From contig JACQVW010000404.1 in assembly GCA_016209535.1 (NCBI GenBank), positions 1 through 61,894 of the forward strand: a DNA stretch of 61,894 nt, given 5' to 3'. Shown here piece after piece: positions 17,857-26,792 of the stretch; the first letter of the stretch is position 1, and every line of letters starts with the position of its first letter. The notes beneath the pieces were generated by a model. That model ran no database searches. It was not told the DNA's origin and saw only the letters and a list, made by a program, of their open reading frames with translations. A program made the position numbers and the translations under genes. Origin of the DNA: Planctomycetota bacterium. GTDB lineage: Bacteria; Planctomycetota; UBA8108; SXIK01.

Positions 17857-18978
17857 TCAGCAGCACCCCGAGCCGCACTGGCCGGTCGCATCCTGAGGCC
17901 CAGGCAGCGGCCCGACCGGCAGCACCTCGCCGGCATAGGGCCCCGCTGGGTTCGTCAAGATGTCGTGGGTCTTGCGGCACACGGGAGCTCGGCGGCCTCG
18001 GACGAAGACGTGGCCGTCGTCGTCGCGCACCTCCTTCCAGGGGCCGCGATAGATCACCGCCTGGCCATCGTCGATGCAGGGCCCCTCCTTCCCCTTGTAG
18101 GCCCTCACGGTGAGCGAACGAAAATCGACCCCTTCAACCACCTTCCACGGCCTCTCGCTCCGCTCGAGGATCTCGATTCCATGGAACCCGGCCTCCTCGA
18201 ACATCTCGAGGAGGGCCTCCTCCCGGAAGGCACCCGCGATGCAGCCGCTCCAGAGCTCCGGGTCCTTCCGGATCGCGGGCTCGGGCTCCCTGTCGCACAC
18301 GATGTCCGAGATCACCGCGCGCCCGCCGCGGCGCAGCACGCGGTGGATCTCCTGGAAGAGGTGCAGCCTGTCGCGCGGCGCCACCAGGTTGAGCACGCAA
18401 TTGGAGACGACCACGTCGATGGTCTCATCGGCGATCAACGGCTCCTCCCTCCGCAGCCGGTTGCACTCGGCCTCGAGGGCGTGGAGCCCGCTCGATGAGG
18501 AGACCGGGTTCGCGTCGAGCCACAGGTCCACTCGCTCCAGGTCGAGCGCCAGGTCCTGGATCCGTGCCTTCACGAACCGGGTGTTGGCGTGGCCAAGCTT
18601 CCGGGCCATCTCGGCCTGGTATTTCCGCGCCACGGCCAGCATCTCGTCGTTGAAGTCGGCGCCGGTGACGGATCCCTTCGGTCCGACTTTCTGGGCCAGG
18701 ATGTAGCAGACTTTGCCCGCGCCGCTCCCGAGGTCCAGCACTCGTTCGCCCTCGCCGACGTGCCGCGACGGGTCGCCGCAGCCGTAGTCCTTCTCGAGGA
18801 TCTCGCGGGGCAGCTTTTCGAGACAGGCGGGGTCGTAGGACGTGGGGCAGCAGAGGCCCGCCTCGCGGGCCCTGGCGCCCCGTCCGTAGCGCTCGAGGAC
18901 CGCCGCCTCGACGCTCCAGTCGAAGTCATCGACCTTTCCCGTGAGGTCCGATCCTCTCCGCGCGGCAATTTTCGCCAT
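17857..18978 (-). CDS. arsM: arsenite S-adenosylmethionine methyltransferase ArsM-type
   Basis: 373 aa. CC pair, YGCGDP, VLDLGSGAG SAM motif, VVSNCVLNL and CIAGA motifs typical of ArsM. AGGAGA precedes the ATG. Confidence 0.8.
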   Translation of the reverse strand: MAKIAARRGSDLTGKVDDFDWSVEAAVLERYGRGARAREAGLCCPTSYDPACLEKLPREILEKDYGCGDPSRHVGEGERVLDLGSGAGKVCYILAQKVGPKGSVTGADFNDEMLAVARKYQAEMARKLGHANTRFVKARIQDLALDLERVDLWLDANPVSSSSGLHALEAECNRLRREEPLIADETIDVVVSNCVLNLVAPRDRLHLFQEIHRVLRRGGRAVISDIVCDREPEPAIRKDPELWSGCIAGAFREEALLEMFEEAGFHGIEILERSERPWKVVEGVDFRSLTVRAYKGKEGPCIDDGQAVIYRGPWKEVRDDDGHVFVRGRRAPVCRKTHDILTNPAGPYAGEVLPVGPLPGPQDATGQCGSGCC

Positions 18979-18996
18979 GGTTTCTCCTGTAAAGAC

Positions 18997-19023
18997 AACG
19001 AAAACGTCTCGCCACCTGGTTCC
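18997..19023 (-). promoter_or_regulatory. candidate ECF-type promoter GGAAC-N18-CGTT upstream of arsM
   Basis: Minus-strand GGGAAC (19023-19019), 18-nt spacer, CGTT (19000-18997), ending 18 nt before the arsM ATG. Same motif class occurs at three other sites. Confidence 0.3.
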
Positions 19024-19116
19024 CTGCTGCCTGTTGGTCGGTCCAGCCGCTCCGCCCTTACATCGTTGCCCCTCGCCTCGCCCGTCGCAGCGGCGGGGTA
19101 AGCCAGGAGCGCTCCG

Positions 19117-19374
19117 TCACGCGTCCCTTTTCTTCAGGGACGCCTGGATCCGTTCTCGGGCCTCCGCCGAGAGGCTCGGGCCGCCAGGGAGTCGCGCGGA
19201 GCCGCGAGAGAAGCGCCTGCAGACGAGCGCGTTCAGCAGGATCACCTGCCGGCGGTACGCCCGACAGGCCCCGCACAGGAGGACATGGAGGCGGACCGCC
19301 AGCCTCCGGTCGAGGGGCAGGTCGCGGTCCAGGCCTTCGGAGACCAGGCGCGTCACGTCCTTGCACGAGAGCAT
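19117..19374 (-). CDS. small zf-HC2 anti-sigma factor
   Basis: 85 aa from internal ATG 19374. HVLLCGACRAYRRQ motif. Lies immediately downstream of the ECF sigma gene. Confidence 0.6.
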   Translation of the reverse strand: MLSCKDVTRLVSEGLDRDLPLDRRLAVRLHVLLCGACRAYRRQVILLNALVCRRFSRGSARLPGGPSLSAEARERIQASLKKRDA

Positions 19375-19378
19375 CGGG

Positions 19379-19987
19379 TTACTCCCCTTCGGGGCGCTGG
19401 AACCAGCGCGCCTCGAGGCAGCGTCGCAGCCGCGCCCGGGCACGATGGAGCATGACCCCAAGATTAGTCGCGGTGACGCCCAGGACCTTACACGTCTCTT
19501 GGGGCTCCAGCTCCTCCAGGACCCGGAGGGAGAACGCCGCGGCAAGCCGCGGAGGCAAGCGGGAGAAGCACCCCTGGAACACGTCCCAGAACTCGCTCTG
19601 CTCGAGCAGCGCGCCTGCGTCGGGCACCCACGGACCGGGCTTCACCCTCCACCACCCGTTGGGCTGGAAGAGGCCGTCGGCCTCGGGGTCCTCCGTTTCG
19701 ATGTCCACCACGGGCTGTTCGCGGGCCGCCCTGCGGAAGCAATCGACGATCTTGCGCCGGAGGATGCTGACGAGCCAGGTGAGCTCGGACGAGCGCCCCT
19801 GGAACTCCGACCGGGCCCGGAACGCGGCGAGGAATGTCTCCTGCACGGCGTCCTCGGCGCTTGCCGGATCCCGCAGCCGCAAATACGCGTAGCGAAAGAG
19901 CTCATCCCCGTACCGATCCACCCAGTCCTCGGGCGCCGAGAGCCCTCTCTCACCGGGGGTGGGCCGATCCTCGTGCACGGGCGTCAT
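19379..19987 (-). CDS. ECF-type RNA polymerase sigma-70 factor
   Basis: 202 aa. Region 2 (EDAVQETFLAAF) and region 4 (ETCKVLGVTATNLGVMLHRARARLR). ATGA overlap with the kinase stop. Confidence 0.85.
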   Translation of the reverse strand: MTPVHEDRPTPGERGLSAPEDWVDRYGDELFRYAYLRLRDPASAEDAVQETFLAAFRARSEFQGRSSELTWLVSILRRKIVDCFRRAAREQPVVDIETEDPEADGLFQPNGWWRVKPGPWVPDAGALLEQSEFWDVFQGCFSRLPPRLAAAFSLRVLEELEPQETCKVLGVTATNLGVMLHRARARLRRCLEARWFQRPEGE

Positions 19988-21588
19988 GACCTCCGGATCG
20001 GCTCAAAGGCGGTCTCGGCCTGGCGGGAAGCCCTGTTTTCCGATGCCCGGGTCGGCTCGGCCACGCTCGACTCGTTCCTGCGCAGCCTCTCGAAGTCCTT
20101 CCACCAGGCTTGGGCCAGGTCCTCGGACCAGGCCGAGGCATCCTCGCACGCTTCCAGCGCGTGGATCAGGTCCTGCGCGCTCCGAGGACGCCTCGCAGGC
20201 TCCTTCTCGAGGCAGGAGAGGACGAGCCTCTCGAGATCCGCCGGCACGGGAAAGCTCCCGCGAGCCGAGGGAGGGACAGGCGGCGTCTGCACGTGGTGGA
20301 TGCAGACCTCAACGAAGGTCTTTCCCTCGAACACCTGCCTCCCCGCGAGGAGGTGGTAGGCCAGTGCTCCGAGGGAGTAAATGTCGCTCCTGGGGTCCAG
20401 GGCGTCCGGGGTCTGGATCGCCTCGGGCGATAGGTAGTGGATCGTCCCGAGGATGGCTTTCGGGACGCTCGCCGTCGTCTGGGAGAGGTTCCCGATGTCC
20501 TTCACCAGGCCGAAGTCCACGACCTTGACCACATCGTGCAGGCCGCCCCGCTCGCAGAGGATCACGTTGGCGCCCTTGATATCGCGGTGGATGAGCCCGA
20601 TCCCGTGCGCCTCGGAGAGCGACCCGCACACCTGCTTCAAGATGTGGATGACGCGGCCCGCAGGCTGGGGCCCGTCCTGTCGCACGAGGTCCTCGAGCGT
20701 GATCCCCGGCAGGTGCTCCATGGCGTAGTAGAAGACCCCGTCGGGCGTGCGGCCGTAGTCGTAGATCGAGACGGTGTTGGGGTGCGTGAGCCGGCTCGTG
20801 AGCTGGACTTCCCGCTCGAAGCGGGCGATGCTCCGTTCCCCCGCCAGATCCGGCCGGAGGAGCTTGACGGCGGTCGGGCGCCGCAGCATGGCGTGGCGGG
20901 CGCGGTAGACCTCGCCCATGCCGCCCGCGCCGATCTTCTCCTCCAGGGTGTACTGGCCGAGGCGCCGCGCCTCCGTCACCTCGCAGCGGAGCTCGTAGAG
21001 GAGCTTCGATGCGAAGGTCGAGAGCACGACCGCGACGACGTACCCGAGGCACTGCGACAGATCCAGGGGCTCGGCCAGGGCCGCGAGGACGACGCCCGGG
21101 ACCGAAGCCGCCGCGCCGATCGAGAGCGTCTCGTAAGCCCGGCTCGGTACCAGGAGGGCGCGGGCCACCAAGATGCTGACCGCCGCGAGCAGCGCCTGGT
21201 GGTTTGTGCTCCCGGTGCCCGCGCTGATGCCCGGGAGCGCGGCGAAAGCGCACGCGAAGAGGGTGCCGCAGGCGTCGAGCCCGCGCAGGCGCGCATAGGA
21301 CGAGCTCCTCCAGGAGGTGAGCCACCCCATGGCGGCGAGGACCAGGGATGCGGCGAGCGGGGGCAGGGGCGAGGCGCCGGAAGGATCGATCCACCAGAGC
21401 CACCCTGTCCTCGAGCTCGACGGCCCCTGAAGCCTGTCGAGCAGGTAAAGGGAAACCGGGACCGCGAGGAGAACCCTGGTGAAGAGCGCGAGGCGTCTCC
21501 GGAGGATCTCTCTGCCTACTTCCGAGTCGCTCGGGGACCAGAGGCAAGGCACCGTGGAGCCAGTCTCGAGGTCGGAAGGGTGCGACAT
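19984..21588 (-). CDS. membrane-associated Ser/Thr protein kinase (N-terminal multi-TM region, C-terminal Hanks kinase)
   Basis: Internal ATG 21588. GAGGMGEVY glycine loop, VKLL lysine, HRDIKGAN catalytic loop, DFG, SPE. Confidence 0.85.
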   Translation of the reverse strand: MSHPSDLETGSTVPCLWSPSDSEVGREILRRRLALFTRVLLAVPVSLYLLDRLQGPSSSRTGWLWWIDPSGASPLPPLAASLVLAAMGWLTSWRSSSYARLRGLDACGTLFACAFAALPGISAGTGSTNHQALLAAVSILVARALLVPSRAYETLSIGAAASVPGVVLAALAEPLDLSQCLGYVVAVVLSTFASKLLYELRCEVTEARRLGQYTLEEKIGAGGMGEVYRARHAMLRRPTAVKLLRPDLAGERSIARFEREVQLTSRLTHPNTVSIYDYGRTPDGVFYYAMEHLPGITLEDLVRQDGPQPAGRVIHILKQVCGSLSEAHGIGLIHRDIKGANVILCERGGLHDVVKVVDFGLVKDIGNLSQTTASVPKAILGTIHYLSPEAIQTPDALDPRSDIYSLGALAYHLLAGRQVFEGKTFVEVCIHHVQTPPVPPSARGSFPVPADLERLVLSCLEKEPARRPRSAQDLIHALEACEDASAWSEDLAQAWWKDFERLRRNESSVAEPTRASENRASRQAETAFEPIRRS

Positions 21589-21598
21589 GGTGCGGGTG

Positions 21599-21626
21599 AG
21601 TATAGAGGCCCGAAGGCTGGCGACAA
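21599..21626 (-). promoter_or_regulatory. candidate sigma-70-type promoter TTGTCG-N16-TATACT directly upstream of the kinase ATG (near-leaderless)
   Basis: Read on the minus strand. The -10 ends 10 nt before ATG 21588. Confidence 0.25.
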
Positions 21627-21665
21627 CGACGATACCGCCGCCACGGTGAGATCGCTGACGAAAAG

Positions 21666-21691
21666 GGAACCCTGCGGCGTCGGTGGACGTT
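21666..21691 (+). promoter_or_regulatory. candidate ECF-type promoter GGAAC-N17-CGTT upstream of the ferredoxin-NADP reductase gene
   Basis: GGAAC 21666-21670 and CGTT 21688-21691, 59 nt upstream of the proposed TTG start. Confidence 0.35.
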
Positions 21692-21750
21692 CTATCCTGG
21701 GGAGAGGGGGCGTTCCCCCTGAACTTCCCTTCCACGAGCACGAGGACTCC

Positions 21751-22563
21751 TTGGCTCAAGACACCCTGAACGCGATCGTCACCCAACGGCTGGAGGAGTC
21801 CCCGGGGTTGATGATCCTCAGGGTCGCCCCGGATGGCTGGCGCCTGCCTGCGTTCCGGGCCGGGCAGTTCGCGGTGCTGGGTCTCCCTTCTTCGGCCCCC
21901 CGGTGCTCGTACTGCGATCCCGAGGAGGCGGCAAGCCCCGGCTCGCTGATCAAGCGAGCGTACTCCATCGCCTCCTCTTCGGTCTCCGACGCGTACCTGG
22001 AGCTCTACATCTCCCTGGTCCATTCCGGCGCCCTCACACCGAGGCTCTTCGCGCTCCGGCGAGGGGATAGCTTGTGGCTCTCCCCGCGAGTGAGCGGGCT
22101 CTTCACCCTCGCCGAGGTGCCCCGGGACCAGCACGTGGTCCTCATCGCGACCGGCACCGGGCTCGCCCCCTACATGAGCATGCTCCGGAGCGAGCTCACC
22201 TGCGGGGGGCCCCGCCGCTTCGCGGTGCTGCACGGCGCCCGGCACTCCTGGGACCTGGGCTATCGCTCGGAGCTCATGGCGCTTCAGAGGATGTGCCCCA
22301 ATTTCGCCTACCTGCCCACCATCAGCCGGCCGGAGGAGGAGCCCGCCCCGTGGAATGGGCTGAAGGGGCGCGTGCAAGAGCAATGGATGGCCTGGCGCAT
22401 CGAGGAGAGCGCCGGGCTCCGTTTCACCCCGGCGAACAGTCACGTCTTCCTCTGCGGGAACCCCGGCATGGTCGACGACATGCAGGAGCTCCTCGAGCGT
22501 GAAGGGTATGGGGAGCACACCCGGGGGAGACCAGGGCAGCTTCATGTGGAGCGATACTGGTAG
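21751..22563 (+). CDS. ferredoxin/flavodoxin-NADP+ reductase (Fpr-like)
   Basis: RAYSIAS FAD-binding motif, ATGTGLAPY NADP motif, C-terminal HVERYW. No in-frame ATG nearby; TTG 21751 with GAGGA upstream is proposed, so the start is uncertain. Confidence 0.75.
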   Translation: MAQDTLNAIVTQRLEESPGLMILRVAPDGWRLPAFRAGQFAVLGLPSSAPRCSYCDPEEAASPGSLIKRAYSIASSSVSDAYLELYISLVHSGALTPRLFALRRGDSLWLSPRVSGLFTLAEVPRDQHVVLIATGTGLAPYMSMLRSELTCGGPRRFAVLHGARHSWDLGYRSELMALQRMCPNFAYLPTISRPEEEPAPWNGLKGRVQEQWMAWRIEESAGLRFTPANSHVFLCGNPGMVDDMQELLEREGYGEHTRGRPGQLHVERYW

Positions 22564-22600
22564 CCGGGGCGGCTCGGGCTGGGCCTTGCGCGAGGCGAGC

Positions 22601-24079
22601 ATGGCGGATCCTGAAGGGATGGCGGGGGCGGCAGGAGCGGGCGCAGAGGGAGTGCGGCGCCGCGTCTTCCTGGCCATCGCCGCCACCTGGTTCGCCCTCG
22701 CGGCCGGCTGTGCGCCCAGGCGCCTGCCTGACCTGGGTGAGCTCTACAACCGCGCGGCCCAGTACCACGGTGAAAGGCGCAACCCAGTGATCCTCATCCC
22801 CGGTATCCTCGGTTCGCGGTTGATCGATTCGAAGACCGGCCGGGTTATCTGGGGGGCGTTCTCGGGCGACTATGCCGACCCCCGTGACCCCGAGGGCGCG
22901 AGGCTGTGCGCCCTCCCGATGCGTGAGGCCGTTCGCCTGGAAGAGATGCGTGACACCGCCGTCCCCGGCGGAGTCCTCGACCGGCTACGGTTTCCAATCT
23001 TTGGCCTTCCCGGCGAGCTGAAAGCGTATGCGGAGATCCTCAGGACCCTCGGCGCAGGTGGCTACCGCGACGAGGATCTCGGCCTCTTTGGCGCTATCGA
23101 CTACGGCGAGGGCCACTTCACCTGCTTTCAGTTCCCGTACGACTGGCGACGCGACAACGTCGAGAACGCACGGCGCCTCCACGCGTTCATCCTCGAGAAG
23201 CGCGCCTACGTGCAGGCGGAGCTGAAGAGGCGGTTCGGCGTGGAGGGATACGATGTGAAGTTCGATATCGTGGCCCACTCGATGGGCGGACTCATCGCGC
23301 GGTACTACCTCCGCTACGGAACGGCCGACCTCCCGGCCGACGGATCGCTGCCGCCCGTCACGTGGGAGGGAAGCAAGCATGTCGCGAAGGCGGTCCTCAT
23401 CGGAACGCCCAACGCCGGCTCCCTCGAGGGCTTCAAGGACCTCGTCGAGGGCCTCGAGCTCGGGTTCTTCCTCCCCTCCTACGAGGCTGCGATCGTCGGG
23501 ACCATGCCATCGGTGTACCAGCTCCTGCCTCGAAGCCGCCACGGCGCCCTCGCCGACGCGGACTCAGCCAAGCCCCCTATGGACGTCTTCGATCCCGAGC
23601 TTTGGATACGCATGGGCTGGGGTCTGGCCTCGCGGGACCAGGACAGGGTCCTCGAAGCCCTGCTCCCCGACGCCGGCGATCCGGCAACGCGCCGGCGGAT
23701 CGCTCTCGACCACCTCGCGAAGTGTTTGAAGCGGGCGAGGCAGTTCACGTCGGCCCTCGACGTTCCCACGTCACCTCCTCCCGGCGTGAGCCTCTACCTC
23801 GTCGTGGGAGATGCGCTTCCCACGGATGCGGTCATGTCCGTGAACGCAAGGACCGGCGCGAGGGCGGTCGTCGAGAAGCGGCCGGGCGACGGCAGCGTCC
23901 TTCGCTCGAGCGCCCTCCTGGACGAGCGGGTCGGAGGGGCCTGGGAGCCCACCCTCGTCTCGCCGATCTGCTGGAAGCAGGTCCTCTTCCTCTTCACCGA
24001 CCACCTTGGCTTGACGAAGGACCCGGCCTTCACGGACAACGTCCTCTTCTTCCTCATGGAGCGGCCCCGGCAGGACTGA
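22601..24079 (+). CDS. alpha/beta-hydrolase lipoprotein, lipase / LCAT-like
   Basis: Lipobox LAAGC. Nucleophile elbow AHSMGG. PVILIPGILGS oxyanion region. ATG 22601 follows the upstream stop. Confidence 0.7.
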   Translation: MADPEGMAGAAGAGAEGVRRRVFLAIAATWFALAAGCAPRRLPDLGELYNRAAQYHGERRNPVILIPGILGSRLIDSKTGRVIWGAFSGDYADPRDPEGARLCALPMREAVRLEEMRDTAVPGGVLDRLRFPIFGLPGELKAYAEILRTLGAGGYRDEDLGLFGAIDYGEGHFTCFQFPYDWRRDNVENARRLHAFILEKRAYVQAELKRRFGVEGYDVKFDIVAHSMGGLIARYYLRYGTADLPADGSLPPVTWEGSKHVAKAVLIGTPNAGSLEGFKDLVEGLELGFFLPSYEAAIVGTMPSVYQLLPRSRHGALADADSAKPPMDVFDPELWIRMGWGLASRDQDRVLEALLPDAGDPATRRRIALDHLAKCLKRARQFTSALDVPTSPPPGVSLYLVVGDALPTDAVMSVNARTGARAVVEKRPGDGSVLRSSALLDERVGGAWEPTLVSPICWKQVLFLFTDHLGLTKDPAFTDNVLFFLMERPRQD

Positions 24080-24140
24080 CGAGCATCGCGTTCAACCTCT
24101 CCACGACGAGCCTCCGCCCGAAGCTCAAACTGAATCGCCG

Positions 24141-24932
24141 TCAGCACTGCGCAGCATCGTAGACGCAGTCGTCGAGCGGCGGTTCCTCCGGTGTGGGATC
24201 CGGCCCGCATGTCGAGGGCCCCGGCGCCGGAGGAGGCGCGTTCCCGAGGAAGAGGAACCCGAGGTCGAAGATGGCATCGGTGATATCGAGGGCGCCGCTG
24301 TCGTCCGCGTCCGCGGCGTCGGGGCAGGGCGGCGGACTGTCCCCGAGGAACAGGAAGCCGAGGAGGAAGACCGCGTCCGAGAGGTCGACCCTTCCGCTCG
24401 CGTTCGCATCGCCTCGCTTGAAGGCGGGGCCGGGGGGAGGCGGCGGCGCGGAGAACGTGAAGTCGTCGATCACCCCCGCCGTGAGCTCCACCCTGGCGAT
24501 GGGCTCGGCAGGATCGAGGGTGACGAAGTTGCCCGGGTCGCCGAAGAAGGTGGCTTGCCTGCTCGCCACGGAGCCGAGCGTCTCCCCCCGGTCGTTCAGG
24601 GCCGTCGCGGTCCCCTCCGGGAACCCGAACCCATGGACGAAGAAGAACCGGACGCTGTCGACTTGCTGGTCGAAGCGGACCTCCCCGCCGCCGCCACCGA
24701 TCTCGTAGGAGAAGCTGCCCGAGGCGTAGAGGCCGAAGATCCCCTCCGTCGCGACGACGCCTCCCTTCCAGCGCGAGCCCTTGAAGGTGAGCTCGGTCGC
24801 GCCCGGGACGGTGACCCCGGCCTCCTCCCCCGTGTTGTCGAAAGAGATCCTGACCGTCTCCTGCGCTAGCGCTTGCGACGGAGCCAAGCATGCGGTGACC
24901 ACCGCCGCGAGGGAAAGCGTTCTTGGGCACAT
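24141..24932 (-). CDS. secreted protein with C-terminal dockerin-like double EF-hand module
   Basis: Internal ATG 24932 with AGGAG upstream. Signal peptide. GDANASGRVDLSDAVFLLGFLF and DADDSGALDITDAIFDLGFLFLG repeats. Confidence 0.7.
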   Translation of the reverse strand: MCPRTLSLAAVVTACLAPSQALAQETVRISFDNTGEEAGVTVPGATELTFKGSRWKGGVVATEGIFGLYASGSFSYEIGGGGGEVRFDQQVDSVRFFFVHGFGFPEGTATALNDRGETLGSVASRQATFFGDPGNFVTLDPAEPIARVELTAGVIDDFTFSAPPPPPGPAFKRGDANASGRVDLSDAVFLLGFLFLGDSPPPCPDAADADDSGALDITDAIFDLGFLFLGNAPPPAPGPSTCGPDPTPEEPPLDDCVYDAAQC

Positions 24933-25035
24933 GTCTCCTGTCCTCCTGGGCTTGAGGCGTCCGCGGCGCCGCTCCCTGCGGCGCCATCTCGGTAACGCTG
25001 CGGCTGGCGGCGCTGATTCCACGAGGCGAGCCGAC

Positions 25036-26475
25036 TCAGCATCCCAGCCCGTCCCACGTCGGGTCCAGTCCCGGCGCCGGGTGGGGCGGCGGGGGCGGCT
25101 GGCCGCCGAGGAAGAGGAAGCCGAGGGCGTGGATCGCGTCCGTGATGTTGACCTGGCCGCCGTCATCCGCGTCCGCCGCGTCCTCGCAGGCGGGCGCCGG
25201 GCCGCCGAGGAAGAGCCAGGCGAGGATGTAGACGGGGTCCGAGACGTCCACCTTCCCATCGCCGTTCGCGTCGCCACGCAGGAAAGTCCTCCGCGGCGGC
25301 CGCTCGGGGCCGAGCTTCACGACCAGGATGTCGAAGTACGGTGTCGATCGCGGGCGCGTCGAGCCCGCGAAGATGTACCCGCCGTCCGAGGTCACCTGGA
25401 CGGAGGAGGCCCAGCCGGTCTCGCCCGGCCTGAGGACGGGCATCGACCAGAGGAGCAGCCCCTCGCCGTCGGTCCTGGCCACCCGCGGCTCGTTGTCGCC
25501 GTAGACCGGCGAGCGCCTCAGCCCGCCGAGGACGTACCCGCCGTCGGCGGTCCGCCAGAGCGCGTTCGACTCGAAGCTCCCGAGCCGCCTCTCCCAAAGC
25601 AGCATCCCCGACCCGTCCGTCTTGAAGAGGTGCATCTCCTCGGCGCTGCTCCCGGTTGCGACGAAGTCTCCCTCGGGCGTCACGACGACCCCTTCGCTCC
25701 AGTCGGGGCCCTCGCCGCCGAACCAGGCGTGCCACTCCATGTGGCCCTCGGGGTCCGTCCTGAGGAGGTACGCATTGTGGCTGTCCGTCGGGCCCAGGGA
25801 CGTCGTGAGCCCCGCGACGACGAAGCCGCCGTCGAGGGCCCGCGCGAGCGAGAAGCCCGTCTCGGACCCGTCGCCGCCGAGGCGCCGCTCCCACTCCGGG
25901 GCCCCCGAGGCGTCCGTCCTCACCAGGAGGACGTGGCTCTCCGTGAATCCCGCGCCGACGAAGGCGCCCTCCGGCAGCTCGACGACGGAGTAGGCCGTGC
26001 CGGGCCCGTAGGTTCGCTGCCACTCCGGCTCGCCCGAAGCACCGGTCTTGAGCAGGAGGAACTCCTCCGCGAGCCTGCCCGCCGCGATGAAGCCGCCGTC
26101 GGATGCGGGCTCGACGGCGCGCAGCACGTCCTCGCGGGGCCCGCCGAGCGCCCTCGCCCACAGCACGCTGCCGTCGGCCCCGAGGCGCAGGAGCTCGAGG
26201 TCGAAGTCGCCCTCCTCCATGCGCCGCGCGGCCACGATGTAGCCGCCGTCCGGAGTCTGGCGCACGTCGTTCGAGAGGTCGTTCTCCGCGCCGCCAAGGA
26301 CCAGTTCCCATTCCACGAGCGGCAGCTCACCCTCGGCAGCCGCGCCACGCCCCGCCACGAGGCACCCGCCGAGGCCGCCCAGAAGGAGGACGGCGGCGCG
26401 GTGGAGGTGGTGGGCGAGTCCGTGACGGACAGAGGCAGCCGAACCATCGCCCAGGAACGCGTCGGGAGTGAGCAT
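25036..26475 (-). CDS. secreted beta-propeller-type repeat protein with C-terminal dockerin-like module
   Basis: Internal ATG 26475. About 8 repeats of DGG(Y/F)(I/V).(A/G)G...L.(K/R)(T/L)D..G...W. C-terminal GDANGDGKVDVSD...DADDGGQVNITD. Confidence 0.7.
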   Translation of the reverse strand: MLTPDAFLGDGSAASVRHGLAHHLHRAAVLLLGGLGGCLVAGRGAAAEGELPLVEWELVLGGAENDLSNDVRQTPDGGYIVAARRMEEGDFDLELLRLGADGSVLWARALGGPREDVLRAVEPASDGGFIAAGRLAEEFLLLKTGASGEPEWQRTYGPGTAYSVVELPEGAFVGAGFTESHVLLVRTDASGAPEWERRLGGDGSETGFSLARALDGGFVVAGLTTSLGPTDSHNAYLLRTDPEGHMEWHAWFGGEGPDWSEGVVVTPEGDFVATGSSAEEMHLFKTDGSGMLLWERRLGSFESNALWRTADGGYVLGGLRRSPVYGDNEPRVARTDGEGLLLWSMPVLRPGETGWASSVQVTSDGGYIFAGSTRPRSTPYFDILVVKLGPERPPRRTFLRGDANGDGKVDVSDPVYILAWLFLGGPAPACEDAADADDGGQVNITDAIHALGFLFLGGQPPPPPHPAPGLDPTWDGLGC

Positions 26476-26719
26476 GGGCCTTGGAAGATGCGAGGGCCTG
26501 GCAGGAGACGACGGGAGACCCCGGGTCGCCCTGCAAGGCAGATCTGGTGAATTGGCCATCCCGGAGGGCTCCGGGCGACGGGTTGTGGTCCGGGCGTGCT
26601 TCCACGGCACGCCCGCCTCTGAGACAACGGCCGATCCCGCGGAGAAGTTCCAGACCACGGGGGGCCGGAGTCTCGAGCATGGTAGGCTGGCGCCGGACCG
26701 CGGATCAAGGCCGAGCTCT

Positions 26720-26745
26720 GGAACCTTTCGCGCCCCGGGGCCGTT
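26720..26745 (+). promoter_or_regulatory. candidate autoregulated ECF-type promoter GGAAC-N17-CGTT upstream of the sigma gene at 26793
   Basis: GGAAC 26720-26724 and CGTT 26742-26745, 47 nt before the ATG. Confidence 0.4.
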
Positions 26746-26792
26746 ATGCTTGCAGGAACCGAAAGATTCCCCGCCGGCTTGACGGGAGACGG

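Noticed and set aside
21589-21750. GGAAC...CGTC on the minus strand upstream of the kinase operon as a fifth ECF promoter
   Set aside because: The spacer is 22 nt, outside the 16-18 nt range of ECF promoters.
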